DNA of 64,000 nucleotides from Trichodelitschia bisporula. Its lineage: Eukaryota. The translations under genes and the position numbers were made by a program. Under the pieces are notes generated by a model, which was not told where the DNA came from, did no database searches, and saw only the letters and a program-made list of their open reading frames with translations. The stretch spans positions 248,001 through 312,000 of the forward strand of contig ML996705.1 in the NCBI GenBank assembly GCA_010356995.1. The letters are read 5' to 3'. Shown piece after piece: positions 12,413-22,438 of the stretch; position 1 is the first letter of the stretch; the number at the start of each line of letters is the position of its first letter.

Positions 12413-12506
12413 CAAGCGCCGACAAACACCCTGCCCGCCCAACTATCCGTAAACCACACTCGCAAATTCGCCCTCCTCCAACTCTCCCCTCCCTAGCAAC
12501 CATCAC

Positions 12507-13031
12507 CTAATCCCGCGCCCTAAACAACCTCCTCGCAGTCCCCCCCGTCATCCCCCTCGGCCCCCTCCCCCTCACCTCCCCCTCACTCCCACTCCCCCTC
12601 CGCGGACTCGCACTCCTCCTCACCTCCCTCCCCTCACTCGCCCGCGGCCTACGCCCGGGACACGCACCCACAACCTCCCCCTCCGGCCCAACTCCGGGCC
12701 TAAGTCCACCCCCGTACTGCTCCTTCCAGCGCTCCGTCCGGCCACCTGGGGTCGTAACCAGCAGAGCGGGGGGCGGGCTGGCGAGACGCATGGGAGGCGG
12801 CTCGAGGGCTGTTGCTGGGCCGAAGACGCGGGTGCCTTGCGCTAGGCGGGCGCGGCGGCGGGCGCAGGTGTATGTTATAAGCAGGGTGGTGAGGAGGGTG
12901 GCGCCGAGGAGGAGGGTGAGGATGAGGAGGAATGTTGCGGGGGATTTGGGGGTGAAGGTTTGCGGGGCGGGGGAGGTGGGTATGGCGGGCATGGGGGGGG
13001 GGGGGGTGGGGGTAGAGCGTACCGTGTTCAT
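12507..13031 (-). CDS. Hypothetical single-pass membrane protein
   Basis: 174-aa ATG ORF with hydrophobic FLLILTLLLGATLLTTLLITYTC followed by ARRRAR. Shows the gene-like C-to-G gradient. Confidence 0.6.
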   Translation of the reverse strand: MNTVRSTPTPPPPMPAIPTSPAPQTFTPKSPATFLLILTLLLGATLLTTLLITYTCARRRARLAQGTRVFGPATALEPPPMRLASPPPALLVTTPGGRTERWKEQYGGGLRPGVGPEGEVVGACPGRRPRASEGREVRRSASPRRGSGSEGEVRGRGPRGMTGGTARRLFRARD

Positions 13032-13941
13032 TGAGAGGGTTTGTTTTGCTTGTTGATCGGTTGGTGTCTGGTTAGGGGGTGATTGTTGTGGTGCGAGTTA
13101 CAAGTTGAGGAAGAGGACGATTGGTAGGTTTAATGGGAGGTCCACTTCTAGGCCGAATTCCAGCTCGAAGATCAGGCCGAATGGGAGGGGGAGGGACAGG
13201 TCGACTGTTAGCTGGAATTGCATCCACAACACAGTTCGGTTTGCGGAGCCGACTGTGTGCTTTCCGGAGTCGACTGTATGCCGGTCTGGATGATTGCTCG
13301 AAACTAGCAATAAAAGAGCACAGTAAAGGAGGACTGCGATTGAGATTGTGCGCCGTAGAAAGAAACAATGAAGTCAGAATGGATACACTCCAACTAGAGG
13401 TGGTGAGGTTGCCCGAAAACGCAGCAATAAAAGCGGCGCGATCTCAATGTGTGTGGTGGTGATGTTGGGGTATGAAAATCGGAGGAAGTAAAAGGCAGCA
13501 ATGTCCTAAAGGAACCGCCCGGAGTGCGAAAGTCCCCGCAAACACCAGTCGCCAGCAGCCGCTAACCGCTAACAGCAACTATGCCAGCCTCGTGGTGTCG
13601 GACGCGTAACCAGACCAGAACGACGAAGCACGGGGCCAAGCACCGGACACCGACCCAGAACCCCTCAAGCAAACCCGACATCACATCGCAACTAGTTCTA
13701 GGCCGCGCGCAAAAACGCCTATATTCCGTGCTACAGCATAACTATCATCCCAGGGTATTGACCAGTCTTCCCATCCGCAACACCCAACACCAGCGTGCAC
13801 AAATCGGCCCCATTCTCGACGCCAGGCATCCCCAGCCTTGCACGCCCAAGCCATGTCCATACGCCAAAAGCACCATACCTAACCCACTCACGGCCCATTC
13901 CATACCCATAACCTTAACCTTAACCTTATCCCATCCCACCC

Positions 13942-15385
13942 TCAAATCCCAGTCCCACCACTCCTCCTCACCACAATCTTCCCATCCAAAATCTCACTCG
14001 GAATCCTGCTCCCATGCGGAATAACCACCTCAGTCCCAGGATGCTGCCTAAAAACCGTCGCCTCGCTCTGCGCCGTCCTCCTCTTCCCTCCGCTAGTAAA
14101 TCTCGCTGGCACAGCCGGTACCGCCGGCGTCCCCATCCCAGCAGGATACACCCCTGTCCCCGCAGAGTAAACACTCTCCACCCCCTCCCTCACAGGCCCC
14201 ACCCGATCCAACTCCCGACTCAACCGCCCCACCATCCGCCCCGTCTGCCCCTCAACCCAGCTCTCCACCGTGCGATACCGCGCCACGCTGCTCCGCTCCG
14301 TCGCCCTACTGAACCGGCCGTCGACGGGCGTCTTTGCCGCGCTGTCTGTCCAGCTAAAACGGCTCGGCAGCGCGGCGGGCGAGGGCGGCGGCGAGGCGGC
14401 TGCGCGCAGGGGCGGTGATGCTGAGGGCAGAATGGTGGGCGACGATGCGGCGCCGTAGAGCGGCATCAAGACGGAGAGGTCGCTTGTGCCGCGGGGCGGT
14501 GTACGCGGGAGCGGGTCGTCCCGTGCCGGCGGGGGCGGGGGCGGGTCGGAAAACCCGCTAAAAGACGCGACGAGAGATGCACGTGTGGGAGGCGGGAAAG
14601 AGAGTCCGGGGCGCTCATGGGCGTCGGTGCGGAAAATAGCCCTATTAGGCGGAGGGAAGGGACTCCGACTCGGACTCTGGCCGCGGGGATTGGGCCAGCT
14701 TGTACTTGTGTGCGAGCGCGGCCGAGAAGGAGGCGGAGGCGTGAGTTCCAGCGTCGAGCCGGAGGGATTCCAGGGCTTGCGGTCCCAGGCGAGGAGCGTG
14801 TCGTCATCCTTTGGAGGAGGGGGGGCGCGGCGCGGGAGCGTCGTGAAGATGCTGCGTAGGGTGGCGCCGCGGGAGAGGCGGTAGATGACGTAGGCTATGA
14901 GGGTGAGGGCGATGGTTGCTGCCACCGAGCCGGCGGCGATGACGAGGTGTTGGGTCGTTTCGGAGATGGGGCGCTTGTCGATTGTTTGGGAGACTGCGGT
15001 GGTGGAGGGGCGGGAGGCTTGGTCGAGGAGGGTCTGTGGCTGTTAGTTGGGTCTGTTGGTGAGTGGATGGACTTACGGGAAGTGCTGTTGGGGATTTGGT
15101 GACGGTTGATATACTGGTAGGTGTGGACTGTGGGTGTTAGCTGCTTCCGTATATTGTGAAGGTTATACGAACGTCTACGGGGGTGGTGGCGATGGTGGCG
15201 CCCGTGGAGGGTGCTTTGGCAACGCCGCTCTTCAGCCTGTCGTCGTCGTCGTCGTACGTCTTCGTTTTCGTGCTCGAACTCGAGCGCTGCTTATCGTCTT
15301 CATCGTCGGTGTCTTCGTGGTCGTCGTCCCGCCTGACTCTCCTCCGCCCACTAACGTCCCGCCGCCTGAGTCGCAAAGGATGCAT
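13942..15385 (-). CDS. Hypothetical single-pass membrane protein with S/T/D-rich N-terminus and P/S/R-rich tail
   Basis: Three exons (GTTCGT..GCTAAC..CAG and GTAAGT..CTAAC..CAG introns at about 15.0-15.2 kb). TM HLVIAAGSVAATIALTLIAYVIY. Tail motifs SRFSWT, RYRTVESWV, VFRQHPGTEV. Confidence 0.75.
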
Positions 15386-16252
15386 ATCGCTCGTCCTCGT
15401 CTTCGCACTTCGCAAGGCTGAAAAAACACACCGGGCGCCAGGCTCCACGCAGCAGCAGCGACAGCTCAAGAAAAATCGCAGACCAGCTGCGTGCCCAAAT
15501 CTTCAAGTCGCCAACACCGTGCAAAGCAAGTCACCAAGAGCGCAAAAGGGTGGTTGAGTGCGTCGTCCTCGCCATTTGAACCCTACGCACCGTCCACCCG
15601 CGACAGCAGCTAACCCCCAGGTGGGGTATAAAACACAATCTGCGCGGCTGTCTACTTGGTACGACACACCCCTCCCGTGCGACGTCTCTTCGCTCTGCAC
15701 CCCTTCACTCACCGCGCTGTGCTACGCTACACGCAGCGAGGAGGGCAGCGGCCTTGCTCGCCAGGAACGCGCGCCCAGCCCCGCCTGAGACGCTCCTGGA
15801 ACCGCGACCCCGGGCGATCAGGCGCGGCGCATGAGGACGAGGGCGTTTCAGACGGGGATTGGGCGAGGATTATCAAGATAGACCTTGGAGTGGAGAAGGG
15901 TTACGATGGTGCAGGAGAGCAGCACGGCGGATGTTACGGCGGGAGGGAGGGTTCGGCGGGTGTTGGCTGCGAAAGTGTTGCGAGGGAGACTTGGGACGTG
16001 GTGAACCCGCGATCGACGTACCCCTCGCACCCTGCCACTGTTCCTGACGGAGGAGATGAGGGCAATATGGCGAACCGGGTAGCATCGTCTTGTTTGCGAC
16101 TGTGCGGGTTCGAGGCGGTGATCGTACTGCATTACGCGGCGGGTGGGTTATTTAGGGCTGGGTTTGGTGCTGGTGGGTGGGCTGTGGACTGCGCACTTGG
16201 ACACTTCGTCTGCTGCATTATTTTGAGTCTCTTGAGATGCAGTAGCTCGCCA

Positions 16253-16295
16253 ATGCGTGATGCGTGATGCGTGATGCGTGATGAGTGATGAGTGA
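16253..16295. repeat. Heptanucleotide tandem repeat (ATGCGTG)4(ATGAGTG)2
   Basis: atgcgtgatgcgtgatgcgtgatgcgtgatgagtgatgagtga read directly. Confidence 0.9.
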
Positions 16296-16753
16296 AGTCG
16301 GGAAGAGAGCACACGATAATTCACTCGATTTAGGGAGGAAACCCCTCGATGCCTCACATCTCCTGGATGCCTCAGACTTTTCTGATGCCCCAGGCATATT
16401 TCGTCTCAACTCCTGTCAGATCCGTCAGGCTGTAAGGTGTCAAACTTGTCAGGCCCCAAGGCACCGCCAAGGCAGAACCTCGGAACGGCCACTCCGACAC
16501 AGCCACCCCTCACATGCCGCGCAATATAAAGGTGGCAGTGCACCCCCGCTCCAAACCACGCGGCCCGACTCCGCCCGGCGGCAAAGACGTAATGATCGGG
16601 CGGCGTCCCAGCGCAGTGGCGGGGCTGTGCTGACCGCATCGCGATGTGCTTATAAAGAACTCTTCTCTTCCTCGCTCTCTTCCTTCCCCTCATACCATCG
16701 CCACACAAACAGCCTTTACCTACTCTTCAGCTTCATATCAACCCAGAATCACC

Positions 16754-17477
16754 ATGTCCGACCCCTACAACCAATACCCCCACCACTCCGCCAACTACCA
16801 CCCGCAAGGCGGCTACCCCCCCGCGCCCTCCTACGGCCAGCCAGACCAGTCCTACCAACAGGGCCAGTACGGACAAGGCCAATACGGCCAGCAGCAGTAC
16901 TCCCCCGCACCCAGCGGCAGTCCCTACGGCGCGCCGCCCACCCCGCAGTATGGGCAGGCGCCTTCCTACGGCCAACAGTCAAGCTACGGCACGCCGTCCT
17001 ACGACGGGCAGCAGAGCGGGTACGGCCCGCCGGCGGCCGGTGGGTTCCAGCATGGGCAACAGCCGTACGGGCAGCAGGGGCAGGGGCAATAGTGAGTATC
17101 CCGCCGACTTTGCGTGGGGAATGAGTGTTAATGCGAGTAGTGGCGCCCCCGCACAATACGGCCAAGGCTACCCCGCCTCTGACCCTAGCCACCAATACCC
17201 GCAGCAAGGCGCCTACCACCAAGCGCCCTACCCCGCGGACCCGAATAACCCGTCCCAGGCGCCGCAGTACGGATCGACAGATCCCAACCACCAGGCAGAG
17301 GGCGATCGCGGACTGATGGGTGCGTTGGCCGGGGGTGTGGCGGGGCATATGGGGGGGAAGAAGTACGGGCACGGGCTTATTGGGACGCTGGCGGGCGCGG
17401 TGGCGGGGAGTAAGCTTGAGGATAAGTTTAAGGGGGGGAAGAAGCATGGGAAGCCGCAGCATGGGGGGGGGTGGTAG
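16754..17477 (+). CDS. Q/G/Y/P-rich low-complexity protein with C-terminal glycine-zipper motif
   Basis: MSDPYNQYPHHSANYHPQGGYPP..., intron 17092-17140, C-terminal DRGLMGALAGGVAGHMGGKKYGHGLIGTLAGAVAGSKLEDKFK. TATAAA at about 16650. Confidence 0.85.
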
Positions 17478-18237
17478 TGTGTGGTGGATGATGTTGTAGT
17501 ATTTGCATCGCGGGCGTCGTCGGCGTTGGATTCTGGGACTGGGGTGCGGTCTTTTGGACGTTTTGCGGCCGATGGGTTGGCATGTGGGATTTTAGTCTTA
17601 CGAAACGCATGACGAGCGTGTTTCGCCTCTTGGGCGAAACAACTTTTACAACGTACGAAGTGTACTGCTACCCACGTGTGTGCCTTGTGACTCCCGACGT
17701 GTTCCAGCTTCCCGGTTTACCGTTCATGCGCGGGCCCGGGAGCGGTGACTTTCCGGCCCGTGGCTGATGGGCGAGGTCCGGGGAGTGTGTACTGTAGAGG
17801 CGGGTCCTGTCGGGAGGAAAGATGCCGTGCTTGATCGGAGATTCTGGGGAATGTGACGTCCCGGAGGGCGGAGGGTCCCCTTGCCTGTGTGCCAGGAACG
17901 AGGAGATTGAAGTGTGGTTCATGATGGAAGGGATCTCCCACGGAAAATGTGCTTGCAGACCTGCAGTTCTTCTTCTGTATCAAGCTGGCACTTGTTGCTT
18001 GCAATGGAAGAGCATCGGTGAAGTACCCGTCAAGACAGTAAGAACTAATTTTCCCTGGCCTGCCTTGACAGTAAACATCAAAGCATTACCGGTGTGTGCG
18101 TCGATATGAACAACGAGACGGAAGTAAGTTAGCTCAATCCGCGGACTCAAAGCAGATCGAAAAGACGGTACCACCCATCTCCAGAACCGATATAGCGATG
18201 CAGCAACGGCCTCCGCGACGTGTTCTTGCAGAAAGTT

Positions 18238-19170
18238 CTAGTTGGGCCCTCTGCCGCCAGCATCCTTCCGTACTTCTGGGCCGGGTGAGGAGGCAGGATA
18301 ACCATCTGTTTCCCCAGCCCTTGTCAGGGAAGGTGATGAAGCTGGGGTAGAAGCGAAGGAAGGCGGCCTAGAGGATTGAAGTATCGTTTCCCTGAACCAT
18401 TCCCCCCCCCCCACAACCAACTGATAAACCGGCACCAAATCCGGCCTAACAAACCGAATGCCCTCCAACCGCGGCGTATACTCCGCCCTACAACCCCCAA
18501 TTCCGAGCGCAAACTCCTAACCTAGAACCGCCGCGGCCACCTATCCAATCCCCGCCCCCTTCCGGCAAACCAGGTCCATAGCGCCCAGCTTATCCTCGGG
18601 CCTAAAGTCGTGGACCAGGAAAATCCTCCCCGAACGGCCTTCGGGTGCGATTTCGGCGATGACGACGTAGCCCCACTCGGGCCATATGTTGACCGCGCCT
18701 GTGATCCGGTGCTCGTGAGGCTGCGGGTCTGGCTGAGTCTGCCATGCCAGCGCGCCTGTGGTGTAAGCGATACCGGGTCCACAGTGGGTTTATCTGCACT
18801 TGCCGAGCTGCACGAAGCAGAAGCCGTTTGTGCCGGATGGGCCGCTTGACCCGTCGAGTGCGCCTCAGATGACTCCTATCGGTGGTGGTGGAGCGCGGGG
18901 AGCGTCGCGATAGTTGAGGCCGAGTAAGACCCTGCCGAACGAGCGGTCCCGAGCTGACAGAATATCCGGTACAAGGGAAACCAAGTCAGGAACGGTAAAG
19001 AGACGGACGCTACCAATGTGTCTGATGGGTATCCGCGTCCATTGCATTTTGCCGTTCCGTTTCATCCAGCCGAGGGATTGAAAGTTACCCAGCGTGTCCA
19101 TCGATACAGCGGACTTGTTCCACTCGGCGATATCGACGGCATCGATGAATTCTCTCGCCGTGTACCTCAA
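18238..19170 (-). pseudogene. Possible disrupted gene of unknown family
   Basis: ORFs 18865-19170 and 18238-18468 share one frame. The part between reads as globular protein (HRITGAVNIWPEWGYVVIAEIAPEGRSGRIFLVHDF) with four in-frame stops. Confidence 0.35.
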
Positions 19171-19826
19171 CCCGAGTGTTGTGGATTCAAGAATACTTCC
19201 TCGATGAGAAGTGGTGGTACCAACGACGATACTCAGGGTCAGGGGCAGCTCGCATTATTTCTCCAAGGACATCTGCGGCTGTATCGTTGGGGGCCCTGCG
19301 TTGCACAAGCGAGCTCCAGAAGTTGTGTAAAGATGCCATACAGATGTATTCCGGAATAATCGTGCATGTATTTGCAGTATGTTGTGTCCGCCTAGACGTT
19401 ATCGACGCCCTTCTTGTACCTCTGCAAGGACAGGCAGTAGCAGCAAGCCATCACAGTGGCCGCCATCCCTATCGTGGCTGCCGTTTCAAGCTCTCCGTGA
19501 CACGCAGCACCCGAACCCCGCGACACAACAGGGCGCGTCCCCGACAGCCAAGCCGCGTTGCCCAGCAACCTCCCCCGTCCCAAACAAGCGGCGCCTCCAC
19601 CCCAACACCACGAGTACACACACACAAGTACCCGTACACGAACAACCACTCCACACTCGCGTCCCTGCCAAACATTCCATCTCCATCCACAGTCTCTATC
19701 CCCACTTCCTTCCACTGGTCCGCGCATGTCTTGGACGGATACATCTCGCCTTTGATCGGATATCTACACGCAATACACTGGTTAGGAGAGTGGAATTCGA
19801 GGAACGACTTGCTTGCCGAGGGCAAG

Positions 19827-19852
19827 CTGCTGCTGCTGCTGCTGCTGCTGCT
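19827..19852 (+). repeat. (CTG)8-9 microsatellite abutting the ASE1 start codon
   Basis: ctgctgctgctgctgctgctgctgct immediately before ATG 19853. Confidence 0.95.
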
Positions 19853-22438
19853 ATGGATTCATCGTACCTGGAGAAGCAGGTCAAGACTATCACCCAGAAG
19901 CTGCACGAGCTGTTCGATGAAATCGGCGTGCCGGGACATGAGCGCGATACGCGCGAGAGCGAGGTACGGCCCCCATCATCATCATCCAGGCCCAGCTAAC
20001 GATCCAGCTCTTCGCCGCGCTCTCCGAGACCCTCCACACGCAGTTGCGCATCGTGACAAAGTAAGTCTCATCCCCCCCCAACCGCGTCGCAGCCCTAATC
20101 CTCCCCAGCGAGAAACACGAAATAGCCGAAGAAGCGAACCGTCTCATCACCGAAATCAAGCAGATGCATATCTCAATCGAAGGCCCCAACGGGGACATGA
20201 CCGACATCGAGCACCTCGCCGTAACCTACCCGCTCCTCCCCTGCCTCGACATCCTCCGCGAAAAGCACCGGCACATCAGCGCGCACCACGCCTCGCGCTA
20301 CGAGCAAGTCACACGTACGCCCTCCCTTCCCTCCCCTTATTCCATCCCTCCATCTCTAACCCACAAGCAGAACTCGTCCAGGCACTCCACTCCTACTCCA
20401 CCCACCTCGAGCCAAACTTCGTCACCGCCCCCCTCCCCCCCTCGCCCAAATCCCTAACCCCGAGCACCGATCTCAGCCACACGTATTTCGCCGCCCTAGA
20501 CGACGAATTCACCCGCGTCTACGACGAGTACCACGCGCGCGTCGCGACGGTCAAGGCGCTGTGCGAAGAATGCATCACGCTCTGGGCCGAGCTCGGGACA
20601 CCGCAAGCCCAAACCGACGCGCGGCTCGTCGCCCTGGCGCGGGAAGCACCCGAGCAAGTCGGGCTAACAGCCGATCACATCGCCAAGCTGACCGCGAAGC
20701 GGGACCGGCTGGTGGATGAGAAAAAGGCGCGGGAGCGGCGGTTGCGGGATTTGAAGACGCAGGTCGAGGCTTTGTGGGAGCGCCTGGGCATCGCGGAGGG
20801 CGAGAGGAGGCAGTTCGAGGCGTATAACCGCGGCGTTGGGTTGCGGGTTGTGAATGAGTATGAGAGCGAGCTGGGACGGTTGAATGAGTTGAAGCGGCAG
20901 AATCTGGGGCTGTTTGTGGAGGATGCGAGGGTGCAGTTGCAGGCGTTGTGGGATGAGTTGTTTTTCTCGGAGGAGGAGATGCTTGAGTTCACGCCCGCGT
21001 TTTCAGGTACGCCCCTATTTCCCTTATCACCATACTCAGCTAACCATGCCTAGATGTGTACTCCGACGCCCTCCTCTCCGCCCACGAAACCGAACTCGCG
21101 CGCCTCACCGCCCTCAAAAACCAACGCGCGCCCCTCCTGTCGCTCATCACCAAGCACCGCACCCTCATCCAGGAACGAGACGACCTCGCCGCGTCATCCC
21201 AAGATGCGTCACGGCTCATGCTCCGCGGCCAGAAGGGCGAAAAACGCGATCCCACCCGGCTGTTGCGCGAGGAAAAGATGCGCAAGCGCATAGCCAAGGA
21301 TCTACCTAAGGTAGAGGTCGAGCTGCGCGCTGCGCTCGAGCGCTGGGAAGACGAGTACGGGCGCCCGTTCACGGTGCTGGGGGAGCGGTATCTGGATGAG
21401 CTGGACGCGGCTCAAGCCCGCGCCGCTCCACCAAGGAGCAAAACCCCTTCTCAGCCGCCGCCACGCAGCAAAACCCCTTCACAACCAGCACCAAAAGCGA
21501 AGCCGGCTCCCGCGTCGAACGCCAGCAAGGGCAGCACCCGCGCGCCCCCCCGCGCCAAAACACCCACCGGCTTCGCCCGCCCAACCGTAAACCCAGCAAC
21601 CTTCCAACCCACCTCCTCCATCTCCCAACCCGGCGGAAGCAAATCCCCCAGCCGGATCCCCGCCCGTGCACCCCTCAACCCCCTCGCCTCAACCAACAGT
21701 CCCGAGCGGCGCTACCGCGGCGCGCTGGACAAGCCCGCTCCGCCCTCGCTCGTGTCGCATGCTTCGCAGTCATCACTGGCTTCACTTCGTGGTATGCCGC
21801 CGCCGGCTGCGCGCATGCCACCGCCGAAGATGGATTTGTATGCTGGGAGTGCAGATGTAACGCCTACGCCTGCCCCACGTGGCGATGTGATGGTGCGGGC
21901 GGTGCAGGTGGAGGATGTGTTCGACCAACGCGAGCGGCAAGGGTATGGCGGGTACCAGAGCGCTGCGTCGACGTATTCTAGCACCAGCGCCGCCTCGTCG
22001 TACGCACCGGGACAGTACACCAGCAACGGGTACGGCTCACACCACAGCTCCATGGCGGGACAAGGAGGCGAGTGGGCGCGCCCTCAGAGCCGGGAGCGCG
22101 ACTTCGCCCCGCGGCCCATGAACCCGGCACCCAGCAGCGTGCACAGCGGCGCCTCGAGCCGACAAATCAGTCAGACTTCGTCGTCGTCCCGGGGGACGGT
22201 GGAGAGCGGCGCGACGAGCGGGACGAGCGCCACGGCGGTCAGTAGCGAGAACTGGGAGACGTATTCGGATACCACGGCCGAAGGGGAAGAGGGAGGGGAT
22301 GTCGGGTACTATGCTAGGCTGAGGCAGGGTGCGTATGCTGGCTTCGAGGTGGGGAATGGGAAGAGGGCGGCGGAGGAGGGGTGGGTGGGTGTTGAGGGTG
22401 GGAAGAAGGCTAAGGAGTGGGAGGAGAGTGGGTATTAA
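19853..22438 (+). CDS. ASE1: Microtubule cross-linker Ase1/PRC1 (MAP65 family)
   Basis: MDSSYLEKQVKTITQKLHELFDEIGV, TLWAELGTPQAQTD, LWDELFFSEEEMLEFTPAFSDVYSDALLSAHE, KRDPTRLLREEKMRKRI. Four canonical introns. Confidence 0.95.

Noticed and set aside
17700..18200. Possible further pseudogene fragments
   Set aside because: Short ORFs with no consistent frame or family signal.
19176..21053. 625-aa ORF from the track
   Set aside because: Artefact of reading through upstream DNA and introns into an ASE1 exon.
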